DNA of 20,000 bases from Saprolegnia diclina VS20. Taxonomy: Eukaryota. The first letter of the stretch is position 1; every line of letters starts with the position of its first letter. A program made the translations under genes and the position numbers. The notes below the pieces were generated by a model. It did no database searches and was not told the origin of the DNA. It saw nothing but the letters and a program-made list of their open reading frames with translations. The DNA lies in the NCBI RefSeq assembly GCF_000281045.1, contig NW_008246093.1, forward strand, positions 325,794-345,793, written 5' to 3'. Shown piece by piece: positions 1 through 10,234 of the stretch.

Positions 1-412
1 GGCGCGCTGGATTGATGAACGTGTCCGATGCTGCGTTCCATAGAAGTCCGTGCCGCGCTCTCTTCTACAGCGACCTCGGCATCCCAACACCATGCTTGGG
101 TTGTTGCTGATACGGACGCAGACGACGGACGACGAGCTTGGAATGCTTGAAGGAATCTTAGCGCAGTGATCGTTGTCGGTCCACCCACGTCACGTACAGC
201 ACATTGGGGGTCGTGCGCGCGGCGGCGTCTAATTGTTGGCGAAACAGCGTGGGACTCGCAAGCGGGCAGACGCGGGTGCGTCCACGTCCATGCAGAGGGT
301 TCTTTTCTTTAGTCCGCGCGCCAAGCGCATGGCACCTGTTCGAGTCAACGTCGAGTGTACAATTACATAGGATTAGGTCGATTTTGCATCTTAAATACGA
401 GAAAACGGCGAT

Positions 413-769
413 TTAGTAGCGCTGCCGGGACGCAAACCGTGGCCGGTTGTACGCGGCGTCCACATAGTCGCCGTAGACACGATGCGGCTTGGTCGTTGGC
501 GTCGGCTTTGTCGGCTTTGGCACGGACGGCTCGACGCTGGCGGTCATTTGCACGAGCATCGTCTGCAGATCAAAGGCAAATGCGGGCTTGTAGGGCGGGG
601 GCGGCGATGCGGACGTCGCAGTCTCGGCCGACGACCCTGAACTCGATCGGCGCGTCGGTTTGGTAACGTACGCAGTGCTTGTGGCCGTCTTGTCGCCAGA
701 ATAGTCGGCGTAGAGCTTGGCGCGGTCGTACGCAAAGACGCCCGAGCTGCCTGACATGGTGAGCATCAT
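413..769 (-). CDS. Small hypothetical Ser/Thr/Pro-rich protein (about 118 aa, MMLTMSGSSGVFAYDRAKLYADY...RPRFASRQRY)
   Basis: 3' part of ORF 413..907 has G/C-ending codon usage like the other genes. In-frame ATGs at 769, 766 and 757 lie just downstream of an Inr+FPR-like element (783-799). Stop TAA at 413-415. No recognisable domain. Confidence 0.55.
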   Translation of the reverse strand: MMLTMSGSSGVFAYDRAKLYADYSGDKTATSTAYVTKPTRRSSSGSSAETATSASPPPPYKPAFAFDLQTMLVQMTASVEPSVPKPTKPTPTTKPHRVYGDYVDAAYNRPRFASRQRY

Positions 770-782
770 CTTGACTCGTGGC

Positions 783-799
783 GGGAAATTGAAAACTGC
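783..799 (-). promoter_or_regulatory. Oomycete Inr+FPR-like core promoter (GCAGTTTTCAATTTCCC)
   Basis: Close match to the oomycete consensus YCAYTYY-N-CAWTTTNYY, 13 nt upstream of ATG 769. Confidence 0.5.
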
Positions 800-2113
800 G
801 AGAAAGGTGGCGTCGTCGAGATGGTACGTGGTTGGCGTGGACTCTGGGTGGCGTAACCAGCTTTTGGCGTCTGATCCTGCTGGCTTGTGTACCGTAGTAG
901 GCACCACCCCTCGTATGTGTCCTACAGTGGGCGCGATCTAATCTATTGGACCATCGATCGTCGTGTAATCTGCTCTCGCGGCTACTCCTTGACCTCGTCA
1001 CAATCAATAGCCAAGAAACGATCCACCAAGAAACTTGCTGTTTGCCATTTGCTGCACGCGCGATCAAGGCATCTGAGATCTGGTGGTGCTACAAGCCTCT
1101 CCAAAACGGGCTTGGCACGAGGACGCCGTCGAGCTCGTGTATTCGTGCGCCATAAACTGCGCCGCAGCAAAACGTTAGAAGGTTTTCGTACACGTGCGGG
1201 TAAGCTGTGCGGGTAATCGCTACGGACTGCGCGTGCGGGTACTACCCGCGAATGGGGATCGGGGTACTGATGTCAACGTTGTCATCGGGAAGATATACCA
1301 CAGTACCGGTGTGGATCAGGTGGTGCAGGGACAACTCAGTCTGTACAGCGTAGTGCATCGACGAAGCTTGCGTCGAACACAGACGCCGTGCTTTACCGTC
1401 GTCATTGACAGAGGCCAAATCAAAATAAGAGGTTAGCGAACGTTCGGCGGGGCGTCGGGGCGGCTTGGATTGCGGGTAGTTGTCGTGAGCGCGCCGACAC
1501 AGATACCACCCGTGTATCTCGGCATACCCCGGCCGACGTACGTTTTCTGGTTACAAAAAGGCCGCAGCTGACCGAGATTGGTCGCACGGTCAGCGTAGAC
1601 GCTGCTGGCCATTGACGTTGCAGCTATGATTTCTCAATCGGCGGGGCTTGTCCAACTCTTGATGACCACGTCGGTCACACTTGCTTTTGATTGCCCATCT
1701 GAGATGGTCGCTCCGCGATCAAAATCGCGATGCTCTAGCACACCAATAAGGACCCGCGAGGCTCATCCGACCGGCTCATTTGGCTGTGACGTGGCGCGTT
1801 CCAGATGTGTGGGTCCAGCATTGCGTCCAGAGACCATCGGTCGTCGGCCGTTTCAAAACGCTGCTGCCATGCACGCAGCCGCCTATCATTTGATATTGGA
1901 TGCGCTAAGTGCTGTCGGTCGTTGCTGTCTACGTCCATTGCCAAGAAGAAGAAGAAGACGCCGTGGCGAGAGGCGGTACAAAGACACTCGCTGCGTGCTA
2001 GCGTCCGATTGGACATTCTCCGAACCTGTGGGTGCAATCACGGGTAAAAAATGGCGTGGGTGCATTTTCTTGAAGCAGGACGACGATGAGCACGTATTCT
2101 CGAGTATTTCAGC

Positions 2114-3624
2114 ATGCCAAAGAAGGCGCACTACCCTGTGCCGACAGGCTTCTTCCGTTGCCCGGCGCTGCCGGAAGCGGAGACGACCCACTACATTGAG
2201 CTCGGCGAAAAGGTCCTTCGCAAGTTCCTCAAGAAGGCCCTCCTTCCGGACGCGAGCGTGCACTGGCGGCCCAACGGCGAAGCCGACGGCGTCGAGCTCT
2301 TTGCGGGCGAGCCCACGCACCCGAGTGCGCACACCAAAGGTGCAATGTCGCTAGTTTGCACTTGCGGTTTCATATCATCGTGCGTGCAGGTGTCATCCAG
2401 TACCGTGCCAAAGCCCGGATCCACGCCAGTCTCGAAGAGGTTGCGGCGCTGCACGCGTTCGAGTCGCGAAAGCACTGCTACGAGTATACGCAGCTGTACA
2501 ACCACGACATTCTTGACATGCTTACGCTCTACAACTGCCTTCCGCGCTCGGACGACCGGCCGCTCAAGCAGGTGTACGTCAAGTGGACAGCGATGCAGAG
2601 CCCCGTGCCCTTCATCCACGACCGCGACTTTTGCTTTGTCGAGGTACACTATATTGCCGTGCTCATTCTCGTGAGCCCACGTTCGCTAGGCGCAAGACGC
2701 CTTTAGCTTGACGGGCGGCCTCAAAGGCTGGGCGTTTTGTCAGCACTCGATCGCTCTGCCGTGGTGCCCGCCCCTCCACGACACGCAGCTACGCCTTGTG
2801 CGCGGGTCCATCTACCACACGGGGTGCGTTTTCCTCGAAACGAGCACGCCTGGCATCCTGGACGTCATCTACCAGTTGGCGACAGACTTCAAAGGCTCGA
2901 TCCCGTCGTACGCGCGCAAGCTGGCGCTGCGCCGCCGGGCGCGGAAGATCACGGTCATCAACGACTTTGTGCACGCGCGCCGACTCATGCACGTCCCCAT
3001 GAAGTCGCGCGACGAGCTCGTCTCGACAACCGACCGGCGGCTGTGTTATCTCTGCGACAAGGCTTTCTTTGGCCTCGCCAAGCGCCACAACTGCCATGGC
3101 TGCGGCGAGGTAGGAAGCATTGCAAGTTTCTTGCTTGTGTAGACCTCTCAGTGTAGGTTGTGTGCGCCCGCTGCAGTCGGTCGTGGCGCCTGTCCCACGG
3201 CAACGTCTCGACCAAGGTGCGCATCTGTGCCAAGTGCAGTGCGGACGTTCGATCAGGTGCGGTCGCATCCAGCAGCCGTCGGCTTTCACGCAGCGCCTCG
3301 TCGCTCTCGGGCACCATGGACCCGCACGAGTCGGACGTCGTGGATCCTATCTTGCTCTTGACCCAGTACGGCGAGCCCACGCGGGTCGAGTCCAAGGGCA
3401 GCGTCGACTTGGGCTACTTGGAGGTCTACGACCGCCACAAGCCGGCGCCCGACGAAGCCAAAACACGCTTGATGCTCGAGCCGCCGGCTGCAATGCTAGA
3501 GGAGAAGGGCTCGGACTCGGCCGAGTTCGAAGACTTTTTGAACCTCATGGCCAAGATCAACGTCAAGCAGCAGAAAAGCGCACGCCTCGCACGCTACTCG
3601 GCCAGAGGCCCTGCGGCACCGTAG
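2114..3624 (+). CDS. Paralogue A: START-like domain + FYVE-type zinc finger protein (about 455 aa). Exons 2114-2339, 2390-2643, 2690-3109, 3157-3624
   Basis: GT-AG introns 2340-2389 (50 nt), 2644-2689 (46 nt) and 3110-3156 (47 nt) join four ORF pieces in frame. The product is collinear with intronless paralogue B (VYVKW...SPVP.I.DRDF..VE; GVLDVIY; CxxC..CxxC..CxxC..VRICxxC). Confidence 0.9.
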
Positions 3625-4611
3625 TAGACGAGCCGTCCTTGGTAGAAGTGTGTGTATGTTTATAGACGCAAATGAGCAGTAGATGCCAACGCAAAATTGT
3701 CACTGTCCGATGCGTACGTCATACCTTTAACTGCCTCCTAGCTCTCCGTGCGAGAGCGTGATGGGCGCGTTCGTAATTGCAGCGACCATGATGATGCGCC
3801 GCCGAGGGGTGAGCGACGATCGATGTCGCTTTTACACAGGTGCTCGGGCGCAGGCTCGGGCGCATGGCCACGACCAACAAAGCGCATCGACCGTCGTTTC
3901 AATGTGCAGACGACCGTGTTGTGCGATCCTGCAAGAAAGGACGGACGCAGTAGCACCACAACCTCGTGACCGACTCGCCGTCGTCAAGCCTCCAACTCGA
4001 CGGCTCGTTGGTTGTCACACAACCCGACGAAATATGAGCGGCGGCCAGCTTGGACGGCCTCCCCGGCTCGGAGCTGCGAGATGGATGATAGCACCATCAT
4101 ATGGGCCGACGTCGGCGATGCAAACACGGTCTTGTACAGTACGGGGACGAGAAGGACCGAGGCTACGATCACGTTTGGGACCGTGCTTCGTACTCCCGCT
4201 GCTGTGAGCCCTTCAATTTGCGTCAAGTTGGTGCGAAGGGCAATGTGCGCTCTGCCTCTAAACTGCATATGTTTTACTGGATATCAGTATGCTTCCAGGT
4301 CTACCGTACATGGTGGCCGCGCACCAGGGGTGTGTTGACGCAACAGAAAAGTGAGATATGCAAAACCGCCTCTGACCTCCAAGATCCACTTGACTTGAAA
4401 TTTGTATGCAGCGATCGTGTGCGGGCTCTCGACTGCCACGTATGCGTAACACATTACGCCACCGGCTATCAGACCACGCTGCAGCAGATGGGCATGGTTC
4501 GCTTCTTCGCCTTTGTTCGTTCCCAGGTGGCCGGCCAGTCCTTGAGGCATTACACGCCACCTGGCGTCCCCGTCAAGAAAGCACTCTTGGCGCCAGTTTG
4601 ACACTGGCGCG

Positions 4612-6186
4612 ATGAAGTACCCGCTCGACGACAACTTCTTCCGTGTCCCGCCACTGTCGCCGGCGTCGCGCCAGAGCTTCTTAGACCAAGGCGACAAGAT
4701 CCTCCGGACGTTTCTCGACAAGACGCTCAAGCGCGACGAGTCGATGCGATGGTCGTTCGTCGGCGAGTACGACGGTGTCCGCCTCCTCGAAGGCGACATT
4801 CCAGGCCTCAAGCTCGACAAAAGCATCACGCCCTTCCGCGCAGTCACCAAGATCCACGCGACGCTCGAAGAGATTGCCGAGATGCACGCGTGCGCCACGC
4901 GCGCCCAGTGCAAGCGCTTCATCCGCAACTACGCCGATGACGTGCTCGACCTCATGACGCTCCACAACCTTGTCGAGCGCAGCACCGCCCACCCGCTCAA
5001 GCAGGTGTACGTCAAATGGACCGTGTGCGAAAGCCCAGTACCGATCATCAAGGACCGCGACTTTGTCTACCTCGAGTCGCAGGACCTCTTCAAGCTCTCG
5101 AGCGGCCGGCGCGGCTGGGCGCTGTGCCAGAATTCGATCGAGTTGCCGTACGTGCAGTCGCTTCAGAAGACGCCGCTCCAGGCCGTGCGGGGGACGCTCA
5201 ACCACACGGGCTCGGTGTACATCGAGACTGACACACCGGGTGTCCTCGACGTCATCTACCACATCTCGACCGACATGAAGGGCAACATCCACCACTGGGT
5301 CCGGAAGCAGGCCATGAAGCGCCGCGCACGGCACGTTGCCGCGCTCAACGACTTTGTACACCAAGCACGCCTCGCGAGCGTCGCGCTCAAGTCGAAAGCC
5401 GAGCTGTACACACCGTCGTCGGCGGCGACAACGATGGTCGTGCACAACTGCAGTCTCTGCATGCGCGATCTCTCGCGCGCCCGGTTTTGCCAATCGTGCG
5501 CCGAGCCGGTGTGTAGTCGTTGCAGCCGCAAGTGGCGCCTCCCCAACGCGCCGGCCGACCAACCCAGCGTCCGCATCTGCAACGTGTGCTCGTCGGCTGT
5601 CCGCAGTGGCCGACTGACATCCGACGACGGCCACTCGAGCGCGCCGTCCGAGGTGTCGTCCGCTGGCAGCGACGTCAAGGCACGAAAGCACTCGTCGGTC
5701 GCCTCGGACGTGGCGTCGGTCGTAAGCGCAACCGATGCCAAAGCTCGCAAGAGCTCCATGCCCGTCGAGCAGACGTCTGGCGCGACCACCGTCGTCGCGC
5801 CTCGTCGTCGCACGGTCGATCCGGTCGAAATGACACCGACCAAGACGACGGCAAAGACCAAGACGACCGATCCGTTGCGAATTGACGAAGACACGATGGA
5901 TCTCTCGTACCTCAAGCTCTACGAGGCGCAGGGACCGGCGCCGATTGGCAACGTGCACCCGCAGGCGCTGATGCGACCGGAGCCGTCGACATCGTCGTTT
6001 GTGATGATGGAACCGACGGTCGAGTTTGACGAATTCGACGACGACGACGCCAGCGGCGTGTCGACGCCGGGGTCCCGACACGGCAGCATGGACTTTGACG
6101 ACCCGGCGTTCGCCAAGTTTGTCGATCACATTACACAGGCGCCGATGCGACAGAGCCTTCGCATCGCGCACGAGTTGTCGCGGTAG
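4612..6186 (+). CDS. Paralogue B: START-like domain + FYVE-type zinc finger protein, intronless (524 aa)
   Basis: Single ORF with strong GC3 bias. START-like segment VYVKWTVCESPVPIIKDRDFVYLE, 8-Cys finger CSLC..CQSC..CSRC..VRICNVC, and an S/T-rich acidic tail. Confidence 0.93.
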   Translation: MKYPLDDNFFRVPPLSPASRQSFLDQGDKILRTFLDKTLKRDESMRWSFVGEYDGVRLLEGDIPGLKLDKSITPFRAVTKIHATLEEIAEMHACATRAQCKRFIRNYADDVLDLMTLHNLVERSTAHPLKQVYVKWTVCESPVPIIKDRDFVYLESQDLFKLSSGRRGWALCQNSIELPYVQSLQKTPLQAVRGTLNHTGSVYIETDTPGVLDVIYHISTDMKGNIHHWVRKQAMKRRARHVAALNDFVHQARLASVALKSKAELYTPSSAATTMVVHNCSLCMRDLSRARFCQSCAEPVCSRCSRKWRLPNAPADQPSVRICNVCSSAVRSGRLTSDDGHSSAPSEVSSAGSDVKARKHSSVASDVASVVSATDAKARKSSMPVEQTSGATTVVAPRRRTVDPVEMTPTKTTAKTKTTDPLRIDEDTMDLSYLKLYEAQGPAPIGNVHPQALMRPEPSTSSFVMMEPTVEFDEFDDDDASGVSTPGSRHGSMDFDDPAFAKFVDHITQAPMRQSLRIAHELSR

Positions 6187-7924
6187 CATACTCGTCCATA
6201 AAACCCAAATGCTAGCAGTATTTAAGATCTCCCACTACAACAAGGACCATCGGACAGCGATCTATGAACACGTGTGCAAGCTTGTTCTAGTAGTGGGCTA
6301 TACAAAACGCATTCCTCAATGCTGAATGCGAGCCACCACCAACGATAGAAGCCCTTTGAGACCTCTTCCAAACCAGCTTGAATTTACGACATGAAAACGA
6401 CGGTGCACGAGACAGAAATGGTGGATTGACTAGAGTCGACCAACTGAGGCGACCGAGTGACAACGCCAGCGAACCTGAGTTCATTATTCACCACCACCTA
6501 CTCTCCATGGATGGCGAGGGTTCGCCAAGAAACAACGTGAAACACGTTGGAAGTTTCTTCCTATCGTACTAATGCGCCCTGGCACCCATCCTTTGAAAGC
6601 GACAAAGTCAACGACGTTCAACGTACCGGTACATTGTACGGCTGACATCCTCTGTGTAAGCTCTGGAGAAGTCCAACGTAGGGCTGTTATGGGCGCAAAC
6701 CGTGTTGACGAATCGAATTTCCACGGGTCGGACGGCTCGCGTCAACACGCGCAATCAGACGCTTCGCCACCAAGGCACAGAACCAGAATTACCCTTTGGT
6801 GCCAGTCTGCTGACAGGGATGACGTTGCTGGCACCACCTGCCCCGGTGTGGAGACGCGTCTTTGAAGATGGATGAGGCCAGTGCGGCTGGCCTGTTGTTG
6901 AAATGAGTTATTAACATGCAATTATATAGTGAAGATGGTGGACTTCCTAGAGCGCTCGTGAGGTTTGGCCGGTACGTCAAGCTGAGGGCGAAATGTGCGG
7001 CTGGCCTGTTGCTTGTGCTTTGGCCACCGCCTCTGCAACGCACGACACGCCTTCGTACGTGCGACGTGCCGACGTCGGTGGCGCGGGACACGGAAGCGGA
7101 TGATCTGTCGGTGCCGACGACCCGAACTTGTTCGCGTCCAAGCAAAGGACTTGCGTCGACACCACCGTGGTATCCAATCGCGTGGTTCAAAGCGGCATTG
7201 TTGGACTGTCTGGAGCCTTGGTCTGGAGCGACAGGGTGGTAGTACGTTCGGCACCGCGCGACGAAGAATCGGAGTAGCTGTCTCTTGCAGCAGCTCCTGC
7301 TCCTGCTTGCTCGCGGAGCAGTGTAGTATGTGGGCAGCCCATCGTCGCCAGCATCGAATCTCCGGTACAGTGTAGTGCGAGAGCAAGAAGAAGATCTAAT
7401 CGGGCACCAGATGGCGGCCGCGAAAGGCAAGCAAGGGTCACGAGCGTCCGCAACGCTCGGTTCGACCACGTTCGCTGGAAAAAGCGCACGGACGTGCGTC
7501 GGGTCGCGGTTAATCATGCTACTGTGGCATGCCGGTCTTCTGCAACCGCGCAGACACGAAGCAGCGGCTGCCTCTGCCGACGCAGCGTGTCGACGCCGTT
7601 GGGATTGACGTATCAACGCCGTCGTGCCGACGCGGGTATGCTTTTTGGTGCCGTCATCACCCGCGTTCATCCATCTACTCGACCGATCGCTCCACCCAGA
7701 AAGTGCAAAGTGCAAAGTCACATCACAATCGGGTGGCCACGGGCGTCCACCAACTCGTTCTCGACACCCGTTGAAGGCAGCTCTCTCCGAGCTCATCACT
7801 GACCCCACGCGGTGTCAACTCGCCGGTCTTCAGTCTCTTCTTCGTTCTCGTGGCGCCATCTGGTTCAAAAACCGGCAACGCCACCAGCCGCAATAGGTGC
7901 AAGTGCATTTGCCAAGTAGCGGCC

Positions 7925-9457
7925 ATGACCGCAGACGCAAAGACAACGCCCGTGCCCAACGGGTTTCCGGTCCCCGAGTCTATCTTTGACGTTCGGCCGC
8001 TCACGCCGACCGAGGAGGCTGCGTACATTGCCACGGGCGAGAAGGCGTTCAAGACCTTCCTCGATGCGGTCCTCAAGCGCGATCCCGGTATGGTCTGGAA
8101 CTTTGTCGGCGATTACGACGGCATCCAGCTCCTCGAAGGCGACATTCCCGGCTTCAAACTCGACAAAAGTACGTCGTTTTCGAAATTTCTTGCTGCGCTC
8201 ATCGCATGTACGTAGACGTGGTGCCGTACCGCGCCGTCGGCAAGATCACGGCGACGCTCGAGGAGATTGCCGAGCTCCATGCGTTCGAGACGCGCGCCAA
8301 GTGCGACTTTTACCGCAACCACCACGCGCAAGACCTCGCCGACATGTTTCCGCTCTTTAGCTTTTTCGACCGGACGCCGGCCAAGCCGCTCAAGCAAATG
8401 TACATCAAGTGGTCAGTCATCGAGAGCCCGGTCCCGGTCGTCAAGAACCGCGACTTTTGCTTTGTCGAGGTGCGTTTCTCGATTTTTCCAAGTATTGTTT
8501 TTCATTCTCCATATTTTGACGTAGGCACAAGACGAATTTCGCTTTTCGTCGGGTCGGCGCGGCTGGGCGTTTTGCCAACTCTCGGTCGACGTGCCCGGCG
8601 TCGTGAACCTCCAAAGCTCGCCCCTCAACTTGGTGCGTGGTGCGCTCCACCACACGGGCTGCGCGTACATTGAGACCGACATCCCCGGCGTCCTCGACGT
8701 CATCTACCACATTGCGTCCGACTTCAAGGGCGCGATTCCGCACTGGGTGCGCAAGATGGGCATGAAGCGCCGCGCGCGCCACCTTGCACACGTCAACGAG
8801 TACGTCCACAAGGTCCGACTGAGTACACGCAACTTGCTGCCAAAGACCAAGAGCTTTTACAAGAGCAGCAACACCGACGACGACGAAATCGACGACGACG
8901 ACACGTCGGGGCGGTGTTGTTATCTCTGTGAGCAGCCCCGCCGCTTCTCGCGCATGCGCAACTGCCAGTCGTGCGGCGAGGCTGTCTGTGTGCGCTGTAG
9001 CCGCAAGTGGCGCGTGCCCACCAAAGTCAACGAGCACAACCTCGTACGGGTGTGCAACCTCTGCTCGCGCAAGGTGCGCCAGGACAGCATCTCCGAGTGC
9101 TGCCTGGCAACGCCCAATTCCGACGCGTCATCCGAGGCCAGCAGCTGGCGCGCGTCGTTCCGGACGTCGTCGCTCGGCGGCGGCTCGGACTTTGACGCGC
9201 TCGACATAACGCCGACGCCATGGGCAAACAAAAGCCGACAGCTGAGCGATCCACCGACCATGGACATTTCGTACGTCAACTTGTACGGTGCCGACTTGCG
9301 CAAGACCAAGTCGCTGCCGGTGCTCACGGCGCCGCCAGCGCGCATCGTGCTGTTTGATCCGGCGACCTTTGCGGCGCACGAGACGCCGGTCGAGGCCGAC
9401 GACGAAGGTGACGCATCGGTCGTCGACGACCTCGACACCTTCTTGCTCTCCCGTTGA
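7925..9457 (+). CDS. Paralogue C: START-like domain + FYVE-type zinc finger protein (about 476 aa). Exons 7925-8168, 8216-8469, 8525-9457
   Basis: Introns 8169-8215 (47 nt) and 8470-8524 (55 nt) restore the frame. The protein aligns to B throughout (LLEGDIPGFKLDK, KWSVIESPVPVVKNRDFCFVE, CYLC..CQSC..CVRC..VRVCNLC). Confidence 0.9.
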
Positions 9458-10234
9458 TGTTGCGTTGCCCGGTGGAATACACACCTACAGTATCTAATTA
9501 CACTACTCGTGTCTTCTTCTCTCGACGAATGTACGGAGCTGTGTAGCAGCACCCTTGCTACCGCTTGGTGGAGGAGGCACCGCGGACGCTCCAAGTACCT
9601 ACCGTAATAGGGGCGAGGTACATATTACATATTCTATTGGTATGGGACATCGCTTCGGTGATCGCCACACGTGCGTGCACAGCAAACACCAAGCAGAGAG
9701 GCAGCGCGACCGCTCGTCTTTGCCCATGACGTTGCAGGTCGAAGCTGCCGTACTAGATGCGAAGCAGCGCAACCGTCTTGCGACGGAACCAGCAGAACAG
9801 ACGTAAGTAGCGCACGATACGTCCACGCTGCGACATGTCGAGCAGTGCGCCTTCTCGATCTCACAGTGCACGCCAACGGCAAGTGCCAAGTGCAAGGTCG
9901 ACCACGGAAGACGACCCGCGTTTTGCGTGGTGCGAGCGACCCTTGTTCTCAGCGCAGTATTGGCCATGCAAAGTCGGACGTCCAGCAATGTCGTGTCGCG
10001 CCGAGACAAAGACAGTGGCGGCCGCGACACGCCGCCGAGGCGTCTCTGTCTTGTCATTGAAGCCCCTTGTACAAGATGCAGTAATGCGACGGTACCCAGA
10101 TGGCACGCGGGCCTCTACAGATTCGAGTCGATGACGCTTGGCAGCTACAAACCACGTACATGGACGTATGGTAGTGTATACAAGCAGCCCCACACATCGT
10201 GATTTCGACCCGGACCACCGAATCGTCACGCAAC

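Noticed and set aside
1..170. Possible last exon of an upstream + strand gene (acceptor-like ttctacag at 63-70)
   Set aside because: Two frames are equally plausible and too short to support a call.
1626..2113. ORF 1626..2354 and the (AAG)5 run near 1943 giving poly-Arg/Lys
   Set aside because: The ORF overlaps gene A out of frame. The basic run comes from a short microsatellite.
3700..4600. Several 70-170 aa ORFs in the A-B spacer (likewise 9500-10200 and 11830-12690)
   Set aside because: No coding bias, consistent splice model or similarity to the paralogues. Treated as intergenic.
6019..6050. FFAT-like acidic stretch (VEFDEFDDDDA in B; AEFEDFL in A)
   Set aside because: Poor fit to EFFDAxE at key positions and not conserved among the paralogues.
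4681..6189. 502-aa antisense ORF (also 10681-11535, 8441-9037, 18534-19229 and similar)
   Set aside because: These are shadow ORFs of GC3-rich coding sequence on the opposite strand. They are Arg/Val-rich and carry no motifs.
6789..7808. 339-aa minus-strand ORF in the B-C spacer
   Set aside because: No codon bias like the real genes and no recognisable domain. Long open frames are common at this GC content. A degraded gene cannot be excluded.
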